Positions 47,564 through 57,522 of a stretch of 64,000 nucleotides of DNA are shown in pieces. Under the pieces are notes generated by a model, which was given only the letters and a program-made list of their open reading frames with translations, did not search any database and had not been told where the DNA came from. Numbering within the stretch: position 1 is the first letter of the stretch; the number at the start of each line of letters is the position of its first letter. This stretch comes from a virus, in UHGV virus genome UHGV-1352889; one strand, written 5' to 3'. A program made the translations under genes and the position numbers.

Positions 47564-49392
47564 AGCATGTTCATTGCGGCGGTTACGTCGGAGGCAAAGG
47601 TGTCGCGGGCAGGAGCGGGAGCGGGGGCATTGCCTCCGACGAAGCCTCCGAGATACCTGCCAATGTCTGCGGCTTCAATATATGCGGTTCCGTCTTCGCG
47701 ATATTTGATTACCTCTTGATGTTCTACCACCTTATGGTTCTGAATGTCAAGCCTAATCTTACCGAACTCCGGTCCCATGATTCCCCGGCACACGTGCACC
47801 AATAGTGCTAGTGCGTCCGCGTTGTCCGGGGATTTATGAATCCGCTTCTTCATGGCCGCCTTGGGTTCCACGGCAATTCGGGTTCCATTCATGGTGTAGA
47901 GCCGGGATTTAAGCTCGACGATAGTTGTCGGGTCGAGGCCATAAAGTTGGCGAGCATTGATTGCCAGTTTCATACATCCCCAAAGCTCGGAGACCTTGTT
48001 GCTATATTGCTGGCATGCCTCCTGATTCTGCAACAGGCCAATGGGCACCTTGCTCGCCATACCCGCGAAGCTGACCGTCTGGAAGTCCGTGCCGACATGC
48101 TGGGCGAGGATGTCGATGAAACCAGTACCTCCGGTTACGTCCACGGCAAGGTACTTACTTTCAACCCCGTTGGCCCGGAGAATCTCTCCAACTTGCTGGG
48201 CGATGTCGAAGTTCCTTTGCTTCATCCGTTCCTTGTCGGACGTAGACTTCAACAAATAGGTACGGAACACCGCGCACGCCCAAAGCCCTTCAACCGTTCG
48301 TCCGACTTTGGCGAGCTTCAAACATGACTGGTCGCCGCCGTTGGTGTAGGCAGGGTCGAGACCCGCTATCGTAATCAACCCGCCGTCTCCCCAGACGGGC
48401 ATGGCATCCGCGCCACTGCCGTAAATTTCAGCCTCCGACATTAGTGAACCTTCTTCCGTATCGTCTGAAAAGGTAGCCCGGTGGAACCGCATCACGAACG
48501 GACTATTCTCCCCGTACTGTTCAATCGTTTGCTGAACGATGTCCAACGGAGTGTAGAAGCTCCAATCCTCGCGGCCATATTTGATGCGGGGGTTCTGGGT
48601 GTTGTCGAAGCGGATGTAAATCCCGTCCTTGGTCTCCCACTCGTATTCCTCAAAGATGTCAACGCTGTTCCACCCATCCTTGGGCATAGCCATAACACCA
48701 AAGGCATCGGTGCGGCTCTTGGGGTTAGAGGCGGCCATCAGGGTAGGAGGCGTGTCCGCTCTGTTGGTGATGAGGTTGGTACGCCACACCTCGACGAGTT
48801 CAATCGGCAATTCGGAAAGCTCGTCGTAAAAGACGTGCATGTTCTTTGCCTTAATACCGATAAATCGGCTACTGGGGTCGCCGACGTTCGCGCAGGGGAT
48901 AATGGAGATGCCGCGGGAATCGTCAATATCTCCGTCCTCGTTCACGCCTTTAATCTGTCCCTTGCCATCAACGAGCTTACCCGGAAATTCCTTGCGCCAC
49001 AACCGTTTAATATCCTTGAAGATACGTTTCTTCGCACCTTCAATAGTAGTCGATGTGACTAGGCAAAGGGTATCGACGGGGTCGGCCAGATAGAAGAGCG
49101 TCGCCATGATAGCCATAGATAATGACTTCCCAGAGGACGAGCCTCCACCCATGATGACCACATCATATTTGCACGCGGTTTCAATCATCCGTTCAATCCA
49201 CGGTGTCCAGATAATGGGAGTAGGACTGCCCTTGTAATTCCACAGGAGATTGATGGCGTTCTTAGCGTGTCCATACCTGCCCAGCCCTCCCTTCTCTTCG
49301 GGCCACGCGTATTTGAAGCACCAGAGTTCGATGTCAAGCTCTGATACTCCGTACTCCCATTGTCGTCCGTAGCGAGTAAAGTGTCGTGCCAT
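47554..49392 (-). CDS. terL: terminase large subunit (TerL)
   Basis: N-terminal P-loop VVIMGGGSSSGKSLSMAIMATLFYLA (Walker A) followed by acidic Walker B-like HVFYDELSEL; C-terminal nuclease-sized domain; 612 aa. Confidence 0.7.
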   Translation of the reverse strand: MARHFTRYGRQWEYGVSELDIELWCFKYAWPEEKGGLGRYGHAKNAINLLWNYKGSPTPIIWTPWIERMIETACKYDVVIMGGGSSSGKSLSMAIMATLFYLADPVDTLCLVTSTTIEGAKKRIFKDIKRLWRKEFPGKLVDGKGQIKGVNEDGDIDDSRGISIIPCANVGDPSSRFIGIKAKNMHVFYDELSELPIELVEVWRTNLITNRADTPPTLMAASNPKSRTDAFGVMAMPKDGWNSVDIFEEYEWETKDGIYIRFDNTQNPRIKYGREDWSFYTPLDIVQQTIEQYGENSPFVMRFHRATFSDDTEEGSLMSEAEIYGSGADAMPVWGDGGLITIAGLDPAYTNGGDQSCLKLAKVGRTVEGLWACAVFRTYLLKSTSDKERMKQRNFDIAQQVGEILRANGVESKYLAVDVTGGTGFIDILAQHVGTDFQTVSFAGMASKVPIGLLQNQEACQQYSNKVSELWGCMKLAINARQLYGLDPTTIVELKSRLYTMNGTRIAVEPKAAMKKRIHKSPDNADALALLVHVCRGIMGPEFGKIRLDIQNHKVVEHQEVIKYREDGTAYIEAADIGRYLGGFVGGNAPAPAPARDTFASDVTAAMNMLWT

Positions 49393-49393
49393 G

Positions 49394-49909
49394 CTATATC
49401 CTTTCTATATCCCAGTTGTCGAGGGTCAGTGTGTGGTCGTCGTTCAGTTCCCGGTACGCGTACAATAGAATGAGAAGAGCGTCCGCGTTCTGCAATGTCA
49501 CCTTCGCGCCGGGGAAGTTCTCCATCGCGATGCGTTTCAGGTTGTTCTTCCACTTGGTCCGGTCCCTTGCGGTTAGTCCCGTATCATACGCGCCCATAGC
49601 CCGCATCCATACGATTGGGGAAACCTTTGTGACGGTGTACCCTGCCGCCGCGGCGTAACCGAGGACCTTCCCGGTTGCCTCTCCCAATACGCCACTACTT
49701 CTCGGATTGGACACCTTGCCGCCTCCGCTCATGGCATAGCTCATCTTCTCAATGTACATGATACGATGACGGCTACGTGGCAGTTTGTTCAATATGATTT
49801 CCAGTTCCCTTTCGTCTTCTGGCATGTGCTTTATCCAGATTTTCTTGCTCCGGGTGTCCGCGAGTACAAGGGCGCCGTGGGTTCCGGGGTCAACTCCTAC
49901 TAGTTGCAT
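49394..49909 (-). CDS. RuvC-like Holliday junction resolvase (171 aa)
   Basis: N-terminal MQLVGVDPGTHGALVL resembles RuvC ILGIDPGSRxTGYGV catalytic-Asp motif. Confidence 0.55.
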   Translation of the reverse strand: MQLVGVDPGTHGALVLADTRSKKIWIKHMPEDERELEIILNKLPRSRHRIMYIEKMSYAMSGGGKVSNPRSSGVLGEATGKVLGYAAAAGYTVTKVSPIVWMRAMGAYDTGLTARDRTKWKNNLKRIAMENFPGAKVTLQNADALLILLYAYRELNDDHTLTLDNWDIERI

Positions 49910-50051
49910 AGGAGAATATATCCCACAAAGTCCAGAAGGTCAAGCACAAAAATAAGACGGCCACCCCGGTATGGGATGGCCGAATGGAACGTGCTCCTTT
50001 TTTACCCGCAATGCGGTGCTACGGGATAAACCCGTCAGAGCCGGGAGGGGG

Positions 50052-50819
50052 TTACTTAGTTACCGCGGAAAGGAGGCCCATCTCTTGGATGGCTTCAACC
50101 TGTCCTTCCACCGGGTGCGGTTTGAACTTGAGGAACGCTTTGGCGTAGCTGTTCTTACCGTCACGGGAGACGGCGCGTTGTGCACCAATCTGCACACGGA
50201 AGGGCAGGGAGCCGAGCTTGTTCCCCTTCAACATCATGAACTGGATGAAGGGAGCACCAACGCCCGTGTACTGATTACCTTCCGGAGTGTATCGTGCCAG
50301 CGTCCACTGGTCGCCCATGAAGTCAATGGTGAAGAGAGCGTCAAGGTCATCCTCGGTGGTACTTGCGTCCTTAATACCCTGCGGCTTCTTAACCAGTAGC
50401 CACATGGCAAGGGCACGGTTGACCTGCGACTTGTCGAATCCTTCTGCTTCATACTCTTCCTTCGTATTCCACGTCTTGGCATATACGCCGGGCTGACGTT
50501 CGTTGTACGGGATGTATTCGCGGAAGAACTTACGAGCCTTCAATACGATACATTCAAGAGGATTATTGCGCTCGGCAACGACCAGACCGTTGAGAAGGAA
50601 CGCACCCAAACTGCCAATCGGTTCTTCCAGTTTAGCCTCATCGCAAGAGGCTTGCCAAAGTTTGAGGTAAGGAATCTGGATATCCGAAGCGTCGGTCTCG
50701 CCCTCGAAGGAGTGGTATTCCGTAGCGGTTGCGAGTTGATTGGGTTCGGGAGTTCCCAGTTCCAATGCGTCTCCCGGGTCTATTCCCAAGGTTTCGTGTT
50801 CTGTTTTCTTAGTAGCCAT
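50052..50819 (-). CDS. hypothetical protein, possible SSB/annealing partner of adjacent nuclease (255 aa)
   Basis: Context only (between RuvC-like and PD-(D/E)xK nuclease genes). Confidence 0.4.
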   Translation of the reverse strand: MATKKTEHETLGIDPGDALELGTPEPNQLATATEYHSFEGETDASDIQIPYLKLWQASCDEAKLEEPIGSLGAFLLNGLVVAERNNPLECIVLKARKFFREYIPYNERQPGVYAKTWNTKEEYEAEGFDKSQVNRALAMWLLVKKPQGIKDASTTEDDLDALFTIDFMGDQWTLARYTPEGNQYTGVGAPFIQFMMLKGNKLGSLPFRVQIGAQRAVSRDGKNSYAKAFLKFKPHPVEGQVEAIQEMGLLSAVTK

Positions 50820-50928
50820 AGTATTCGTTTATTCTTGGTTTTGGGTTGAGGGCTTCTTTGGCGAGTGAACTACCCTCGGTAACTTCTCTGACGTGACTAT
50901 ATCACAAGTTCGTGAAATGTCAAGATGT

Positions 50929-52143
50929 TTATTTGATTTTGAGCAAAGCCATCGCGCTCGTCACTTCTTTCACTACTCCAAGTTCTTGAAGCTCTTCGAG
51001 TAAGGATTCCTTGGCTTCTTTCATCTCGGCACGTGTGGCTCCTTCAACTTTGTTTTTATCTACCACCATGTCAAGAAGCTTCGACACAGGGAGGCGGGAG
51101 ATGCTGTCCAGAATTTCCTCTGGGGAAATGTACTGCTCGACGTAGGCACGGAAGGCATCGTTGTCCACCTTTACGGTATTACCTCGCCGTGCATACTTCC
51201 ATCCGGGAACATCAACGCCGCAAGCGAAGAGGGTCTTGGCATAGTCCTTATGCACCTTGTTGGCCTCCGCGATAATGTTCGCAAAGGAAAGAAGGGAGCC
51301 AAGGGTTTCCGGGTTGTCCATCGCCGTACCGACGCTATCAATCATCCCTTCGGCTAGGTCCTTGTCCTTCAACACTTTGAGCGAGAAGTTACGGGCCATG
51401 CTAGTCACCTTCTTACACCGGGCGAGACGGGAACAGTAGGGGCAGACGTGCGGAGAGGATGAGTAAGCGTAGGGGTTCTCCGCGTCACGGCAATGGCGGG
51501 CAATGACTGCGGACATGTTTCCCCTTGCGGTAGCCTCGTCCATAGGGACTGCGGACATGTCGGTGGTGAACTTCGGCCCCTTACCGTCGCGGTAGAACGC
51601 CGCAATCTTCATGCTTTCGGTCTGGCTGGGTTGTACCACCGCGAGGATAATGCGCTTACATTCAGGGCGTTCTGCCATTTCCAGCAAACCATAGTAGATG
51701 AACTGGGTATTCTCGGCAGGGTCAGAGACAGGGACCATCCCCATTTTGTAGTCGATAATCATGGAAGTATCACCATGCCGGACAAGAACGTCAGCCGTTC
51801 CGGTTTGTGCTTCGTCGTCTGGGTTGAAGACGATTCCTTCAAACTTGTGTTCCGGGAGTACTTCTACCTTGTCCGTTTGTACCTCGGTTGCGAAGATGGA
51901 CATGAGCCTATCCACCATGTTGGATGCCGCAGTGTAGAGGATGTGCTCATGCTTGGTAAGAAGGGATTCTGGGTTCTTGGTTTCGAGGGCCGCGTGAACA
52001 CGGGTCCCAATGGCCGCCGGGGAGAAGTCATCCTCTTCTTCCTCTTTAGTCATGGGGCGTGGGACATATCCGGGACAGGTGGCGAGCAATGCCATCTTAC
52101 TCGGACTGTACTTGCTGTGAGTGTTGGTTTCGTTATAGGCCAT
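50929..52143 (-). CDS. PD-(D/E)xK nuclease, Cas4/RecB-like, with C-terminal Cys cluster (404 aa)
   Basis: MIIDYKMGM (RecB motif III hhDYK) and HCRDAE…VCPYCSRLARC Cys cluster typical of Cas4-like Fe-S nucleases. Confidence 0.55.
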   Translation of the reverse strand: MAYNETNTHSKYSPSKMALLATCPGYVPRPMTKEEEEDDFSPAAIGTRVHAALETKNPESLLTKHEHILYTAASNMVDRLMSIFATEVQTDKVEVLPEHKFEGIVFNPDDEAQTGTADVLVRHGDTSMIIDYKMGMVPVSDPAENTQFIYYGLLEMAERPECKRIILAVVQPSQTESMKIAAFYRDGKGPKFTTDMSAVPMDEATARGNMSAVIARHCRDAENPYAYSSSPHVCPYCSRLARCKKVTSMARNFSLKVLKDKDLAEGMIDSVGTAMDNPETLGSLLSFANIIAEANKVHKDYAKTLFACGVDVPGWKYARRGNTVKVDNDAFRAYVEQYISPEEILDSISRLPVSKLLDMVVDKNKVEGATRAEMKEAKESLLEELQELGVVKEVTSAMALLKIK

Positions 52144-54559
52144 TTGATGTTAATGCGTTAAAACAAATTTCTTTAATATTGAGTGATTGTATGATTCGTT
52201 CTTCCACTGTACCAGAGGCAGTCACAATGTACTGCAAGGTGTGTGACTTAGCACCAAGACGGGCAATGCGTCCTTGTGCCTGAACCAGATTAACCAGTGA
52301 AAAATCTAAGTTAATGAGAGATGCTCTAGGGTTACTTCCTGTCGTATCGTGAAGTGAAACTCCTGCGCCCCCTGCACTGATTTGTACTAAGGCTAATCTA
52401 TTAGTATTGTTTTGGAATTTAGTTATTTCATTGTCTCGGTCATTCCCTGTAACTCGTCCACTTATCTCGGAGTAAGAGATGTCCTTACCTGCTTCTTCGT
52501 TGATTAAGTTGCTTAGACTGTCTAGACTGTCTATGAACGCAAGGAAAATCACTACGCTATAGCCACTGTCTAAAAGTTCTACTGCTTTTTTAGAGAGGGC
52601 AGGAAGCTTAGCCAGTTCCGATTGCTGACGAAGCCGCAGGAGTTCCACGATAGCGGGAAGTTCGGTTCCCTTCTCGTTAGCCCGTTCGATGGACTGGTCC
52701 CATGATTTGTCCAGCTTGTCAAGTGCTTTCTGTAATTGTTTAATCTCTCTCATACCTTTCATGTCCACGTCCACGGACAGATATTCGATTCTATTCTCTG
52801 GGAAGAAAGTGTCAAGCTTTTCCTTGTCAATCTCTGTCATAACCCCCGCAGTGTAGAGCTTTTGTTTCAGGCTCTCCATCATGGCGTGGTTACGTGGGTT
52901 GAGCTTGAACTCAATGCCTCCCCAGAAACAGTCGGTGCATCCGTGCATGCGTGCCCAGAGCCAGAACCCGCGCCGGGGGTCTTGAATCCACTTGGCATAC
53001 GTCGCGGGGACGCTCATGTCGAGAGGGGAGATAAAAGGTGTGGCAGAGAGCATAATCGTCGGAAGTCCTTGATGAGCCGCGGTTAATGCCATTATGTTGC
53101 TCTGACTTCCATAGGTCTTGGCCTTGTGGCTTTCATCGAAAATGAGTAATGAGTTGTTAGGAAGATTCCATGTACCAAAAACAACACGAGACTTAGGAAT
53201 CTTTGTGGGGCGTTTGTAGTAGGGAGTACCGCCTCTGCGCACCTTCTCCCATGAGAGGACTTCTATATATTCTACTCCTTGTTGTTCGAAGGCTCGCTTC
53301 CATTGGGTCACGACGATGGCGGGACAGACTACTAACGGCTTGAGATTTAATGTGCTCGACGTTTCTATTGCGCATAAAGTATTGTGAGTAATTGTAAAAT
53401 CTCCGAGCAAGCAATGCGGTTCTTCCTTTAGAGTGAATCCGAAGTACTCTCCTTTTCCTATAGGCTCTAGCTTAAAACTATCTCCCACTCGCCCCATAGT
53501 TTCTCCCTGCCAAGCCTTCTGGGGAATTTGTTTTCTCTTTAGTCTTGTGGGGATTATATGGATAGGACCAGTTATAAGTATCAAGTAGCATTGCGACTTG
53601 GCATGGCCGTTCTGATGCCCCGCTTGCATTGAAGTTTTCAGGCCCAAGGAATTTGCTAAAAATTGAACTCCTTTCAGTATATCTTCATTAGTATTACTAA
53701 ATTGTAATACGTGTTTAGGAGCATAGTAACAACCATCTGTATCAATTAACCCTGCTAAAAGTTGGAGACGGTCTTCTCGACTTGCTGTTAAATAATTATG
53801 AAGGATTGTCTTATATGGAGTATCTCCTTGACATACTCTCCTAATTACTCGGTAGGGGGTTTCCGCATCTTCTTTGCCTTTAATGATATGCCATTGAGCA
53901 CATTGAGTGGACACGCCGTTGAAGTACGGTCCCGTTAATTTCCACCCCTCCTTACGGCAAGTTTCCTCCACTGCCTCTTTAATTTCATGGTCATTGACGT
54001 TAATTGATATTTTAGCTCCATACTCTCGGACGGAGGTCCCATCTCCCAAATAAGCTCCTACGAAATAAGGGTCCAACGGCAGTTCCTTTTCTTCAAAATC
54101 TACCGAAGCTGTCACGAGCCTTGCACGCTTCCTCAAAGTAGGGGCTATGGCCATAAACTCTGAAATTGTGTAGTCATGAAGTTTTCCCTGCACATTTCGC
54201 CAAAAAGGTCGTAAAGAAGGTTCTGCGGGACTTACCGCAAATTGAACCGTGAGAATATGAGAGGCATTACAGGTCCAAGGCTTACCACGTCTGGGAATGA
54301 CTTTGTACATTTCTTCCTCCCCGTGAGCTAAACTGGTAATTGTTCGAGGCTTGGAATCAGGTCCCATTAACTGGTCCCCTACTTTCAAGGTTTCTACCGG
54401 AACTATGGTTCCATCATATTTGAGCATAGGGGTCCCCTTCCCCCAGCATTTACCACATCCTGTGGCACTTGTGTTAATAGTATAGCCTTGAGTTTTAATG
54501 GCTTCTACCATCTCGTTTATACATTGTTGTTGCGGAGGGAAGGGAACTAGAGGTTTCAT
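52133..54559 (-). CDS. SF2 (SNF2/DEAD-like) helicase precursor interrupted by an intein in the Walker A motif
   Basis: Walker A split: …TSATGCGK|C…intein…HN|TLCAIE; DExH box LIFDESHKAKT; motif VI LVQAQGRIARLGAK; extein about 452 aa. Confidence 0.75.
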   Translation of the reverse strand: MKPLVPFPPQQQCINEMVEAIKTQGYTINTSATGCGKCWGKGTPMLKYDGTIVPVETLKVGDQLMGPDSKPRTITSLAHGEEEMYKVIPRRGKPWTCNASHILTVQFAVSPAEPSLRPFWRNVQGKLHDYTISEFMAIAPTLRKRARLVTASVDFEEKELPLDPYFVGAYLGDGTSVREYGAKISINVNDHEIKEAVEETCRKEGWKLTGPYFNGVSTQCAQWHIIKGKEDAETPYRVIRRVCQGDTPYKTILHNYLTASREDRLQLLAGLIDTDGCYYAPKHVLQFSNTNEDILKGVQFLANSLGLKTSMQAGHQNGHAKSQCYLILITGPIHIIPTRLKRKQIPQKAWQGETMGRVGDSFKLEPIGKGEYFGFTLKEEPHCLLGDFTITHNTLCAIETSSTLNLKPLVVCPAIVVTQWKRAFEQQGVEYIEVLSWEKVRRGGTPYYKRPTKIPKSRVVFGTWNLPNNSLLIFDESHKAKTYGSQSNIMALTAAHQGLPTIMLSATPFISPLDMSVPATYAKWIQDPRRGFWLWARMHGCTDCFWGGIEFKLNPRNHAMMESLKQKLYTAGVMTEIDKEKLDTFFPENRIEYLSVDVDMKGMREIKQLQKALDKLDKSWDQSIERANEKGTELPAIVELLRLRQQSELAKLPALSKKAVELLDSGYSVVIFLAFIDSLDSLSNLINEEAGKDISYSEISGRVTGNDRDNEITKFQNNTNRLALVQISAGGAGVSLHDTTGSNPRASLINLDFSLVNLVQAQGRIARLGAKSHTLQYIVTASGTVEERIIQSLNIKEICFNALTSNGL
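53381..54448 (-). mobile_element. intein (356 aa) with LAGLIDADG homing endonuclease domain
   Basis: Starts with Cys right after GCGK of the P-loop, ends ITHN followed by Thr (+1) that restores GKT; two LAGLIDADG motifs (GAYLGDGTS and LLAGLIDTDGCYY); boundaries verified by reverse-complementing 53381-53404 (GDFTITHN). Confidence 0.75.
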
Positions 54560-54614
54560 GTGTTTGAAATTTGTGATAGGTTTACTATAGTAATTCTCTA
54601 GTAAATGTCAATCA

Positions 54615-56534
54615 TTATTTTCTGTACTTGTCCATGATTTCAGGTTCGGCAAGGAGCGGAAGGGATGAAGCCCACTGCGGAGTTTCTTCCATTATCTGTT
54701 CGATGCGCTGGGCGTATTCCTCGGCATGGTCAGCCGGAACCATCACTACGGCTTCGTCATGCACGAGAAGGATAGGTTGCGCACCCTCTAATTCCTTGCA
54801 CAGGCGGTTGAACGTGCGGACCATGAGGTCACGTGCGATTGACTGGATGTTATTGTTGCTAAGGAGGTTAGTATTGACGATGGAGGACTTGTACCCGAAA
54901 TCGACGCAGGTTGCGAAATAGGGACGACGACCGTCCTTGGGTTGAATGAGTTTCTTGTAACAGTTACGATAATAGAGCTTCCGGCCAGAGGGAAGGGAGA
55001 GCGCGAAGCTATGGGAGGGGGTACGATAGCCGCGAGCCGCTAATGCGTCCAACTCTCTCCACCATGCTACCACTTCTGGGCTACGACTGCGGTACATGTC
55101 CACAATCGCTTGGCACTGGTCCCTGTCCATTCCGGGGTTCGAGCGTTGAATAGCCTTCCATCCAGCACTAAAGCCGCAAGCAAGTACCCCCGCCTTCACA
55201 TGCTGACGAAGGTCCGCTTGCCCCGGAGTTTCCTTGCAGTACTGTTTGAAGTCCTTGACATCCGCGGGGATGAGGCCCCAACCTTTCGCGTTAGCGGCAT
55301 AGATGTCCTTCTCACCAGCACGGAGGGTATCAAGAATTTTCTCCTGCCCGCAGAGCCAAGCGGTCAGACGTGCTTCAATCCCAGCCCAGTCACATACCAC
55401 GAGCTTATACCCTTCGGGTGCTTGAATGGCGTTGCGCTGGTTAAAGCCCAGAACGTCTTCACGGTTAAGCTGTTGCAGGTTGAGCTTATCTCCCCCGGCA
55501 GTCCAACGGCCCGTACTTGCGCCACAATAGGTCAGGGTGTAGGGGAGACGTTCTATCCCTTCATGGTCAGTATAGACGCGGGAAAGCATACGCTCGGTAA
55601 TGCTAATCATGCGGTTCACGCTCCTGTACTTCCCGATAAGAGTTACCCACGGAACGAGGTGGCCATACTCTTCCAGCCAGTCCGTAAAATCTTCGCTGGA
55701 CTTGCTGGTGGTTGTGGGGGGCGGGATGTTCAGTTCCTCGCACGCTCTACGTAGTTGGGGAATGGAGAGTTTCTTTTCAAGCGGGATAGCTTCCTTGTAT
55801 TCCTCCTGCGCCTGATGGAGTTTCTCCAATCCGTCAAGAAGATACTGGCGGGAAGTAGGAACTCCGCGCCATCCCATGATGCAGGTATTGAGCCAACAGG
55901 CGCGTTCATCTTCCGGCCAGAAGTTCTTCATCTTGTCCCACAAGGCGAGACAGTAGTAACTATCGCCCGCCACGTATTCCTTCATGTCGTCGGGGATGAC
56001 TTCCATCTTGCGGAAGTCAACACCTTCGGCTTTGGCTCGGACTTCCTTGCTAATCTCTACACCCCAAAGCTTTGCGACAATCTTGTCAAGAGAGCCATAG
56101 ATGGCGAGATAGTTGGAAGCGGCGCGGGAACAGAGCCATGCCTTGAAGGGCGGCTGGAAGCTTGGCGTGCACGGGATGCCCTTGGACCCCGGCGCGTGAA
56201 GACCGAAGAGGTAAACGGCATAGTCGAAGCTGGCGTTAAACGCGACGAGGGTTTTGTCCTTCGTAGTTTTCTCCCAGTCAAAATCCTTCGGATGTCCTAC
56301 CCAGCAATACTTCCCGTCATAGACGGACATGATGTATGCGTCGAACCGCGGGTCCCTACAATAGGAATGCGGGTCCATGAACTTGAGGGAATATTTCCCC
56401 TCATAATACGTTTCAAAGTCAACGGCAAGAGTATCGCCTGTGAGTTTGGTCTGGTCGTCTGTAATCTCCATTTCATACCCCGGAATGCGAGGCAGTGAAA
56501 ATGATATAGGGTTCTTATCTATTTCTTCGTGCAT
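54615..56534 (-). CDS. family A DNA polymerase with 3'-5' proofreading exonuclease (639 aa)
   Basis: Exo I LAVDFETY, Exo II LVAFNASFDYAV, Exo III YVAGDSYYCLAL; Pol motif A VVCDWAGIEARL, motif B RQHVKAGVLACGFSAGW, motif C LLVHDEAVV. Confidence 0.8.
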   Translation of the reverse strand: MHEEIDKNPISFSLPRIPGYEMEITDDQTKLTGDTLAVDFETYYEGKYSLKFMDPHSYCRDPRFDAYIMSVYDGKYCWVGHPKDFDWEKTTKDKTLVAFNASFDYAVYLFGLHAPGSKGIPCTPSFQPPFKAWLCSRAASNYLAIYGSLDKIVAKLWGVEISKEVRAKAEGVDFRKMEVIPDDMKEYVAGDSYYCLALWDKMKNFWPEDERACWLNTCIMGWRGVPTSRQYLLDGLEKLHQAQEEYKEAIPLEKKLSIPQLRRACEELNIPPPTTTSKSSEDFTDWLEEYGHLVPWVTLIGKYRSVNRMISITERMLSRVYTDHEGIERLPYTLTYCGASTGRWTAGGDKLNLQQLNREDVLGFNQRNAIQAPEGYKLVVCDWAGIEARLTAWLCGQEKILDTLRAGEKDIYAANAKGWGLIPADVKDFKQYCKETPGQADLRQHVKAGVLACGFSAGWKAIQRSNPGMDRDQCQAIVDMYRSRSPEVVAWWRELDALAARGYRTPSHSFALSLPSGRKLYYRNCYKKLIQPKDGRRPYFATCVDFGYKSSIVNTNLLSNNNIQSIARDLMVRTFNRLCKELEGAQPILLVHDEAVVMVPADHAEEYAQRIEQIMEETPQWASSLPLLAEPEIMDKYRK

Positions 56535-56917
56535 TAGTGTTTGGGTGTATTTAGTTGTTCCTTCGCTTGCGCGTAGTATTCTTGGGGGGTGCTCATAGGA
56601 ATTCCGGCGGCCCTATCCTTCTTGTACAGTTTCACGGCACGGTTCATGCGGTTCACGACTTCCCGGCATTTTTCGTTTGCGAGGAATATCCCATCCTCAA
56701 AGGAGAAACCTTCATCGCGCCCCGTAGCGGCTACTAGGCGCAATGCGAGAATGGCGATGTCGGTTGCCTCCTTTACGCGGTCCTCCGCGTCAGCTTCCCG
56801 GTATTCTTCAATCTCCCACAGAAGATGGCGCAGGAGGTCAGCGGCTGATTCCTCTAATCCCATATAGGAGAAGTGGGAATCAATAGTTTGGGCGGCGATG
56901 GCAATTTCGTTGTACAT
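56534..56917 (-). CDS. MazG-like all-alpha NTP pyrophosphohydrolase (127 aa)
   Basis: EESAADLLRHLLWEIEEYREADAEDRVKEATDIAILALRL fits the E-x2-E…E-E-x2-D metal-binding helices of the MazG/dUTPase-like fold. Confidence 0.4.
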   Translation of the reverse strand: MYNEIAIAAQTIDSHFSYMGLEESAADLLRHLLWEIEEYREADAEDRVKEATDIAILALRLVAATGRDEGFSFEDGIFLANEKCREVVNRMNRAVKLYKKDRAAGIPMSTPQEYYAQAKEQLNTPKH

Positions 56918-56920
56918 AGT

Positions 56921-57181
56921 TTAGAGTGATATGATTATGAAGAAGAGAGTGACCAATGTTGCGGAGAGGCCGAAGATATTGATGTTCATGTCCCGGTTAC
57001 TCCGTTTCAATAGATGTGTGATGGTGATGTAGATGAAGGACCATACCCACAGAACGATGAGGACGAGAATGAGCGAGAAGATGAGGGAGGCCAGTAGGGG
57101 CATACCATTGACCAGAAGGCCCATAAATAGGGAGAGGTAATAGATGCCCATGTAGGGAGATAATTCTGCTAGGTCTTTCAT
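56921..57181 (-). CDS. small membrane protein (87 aa from MKDLAE…; ORF opens at 57361)
   Basis: Two TM helices; the start chosen avoids overlap with the upstream membrane-protein gene (stop 57187-57189, ATG 57181). Confidence 0.4.
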   Translation of the reverse strand: MKDLAELSPYMGIYYLSLFMGLLVNGMPLLASLIFSLILVLIVLWVWSFIYITITHLLKRSNRDMNINIFGLSATLVTLFFIIISL

Positions 57182-57186
57182 GATGT

Positions 57187-57510
57187 CTATACGTTGATAC
57201 CCATCCAGTGGCAGAAGAGGAAGGGGGCAATAAAGAAGGCAGTACCGAGAATGACCAGTCCGTAGAACTTGTGCTCCTTCTTCGGAATGGATATCATGGC
57301 CGCGGCAAAGAGAATCAGAATCAGGCTCATGCCGACAACGGTCAAGAAGCACATCATCCAAGAAGACTGGGGCAGGTGTGATTTAAGGTACGTGACAAAG
57401 ATTAAAGGACAGAAGAAGGCATACGGAAGCATCCGTACCATGTCCATGAAGTTATCCTTAAATCTGTCAGAGTAGTCCATGTTTTCCAATGTCATAAGTC
57501 TTTTGGGCAT
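57187..57510 (-). CDS. small membrane protein (107 aa)
   Basis: Three hydrophobic helices. Confidence 0.45.
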   Translation of the reverse strand: MPKRLMTLENMDYSDRFKDNFMDMVRMLPYAFFCPLIFVTYLKSHLPQSSWMMCFLTVVGMSLILILFAAAMISIPKKEHKFYGLVILGTAFFIAPFLFCHWMGINV

Positions 57511-57522
57511 AAGAGGTTAGAC

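Noticed and set aside
55110-56498. 214-aa and 247-aa plus ORFs
   Set aside because: Antisense within the PolA gene, whose frame carries all Exo and Pol motifs
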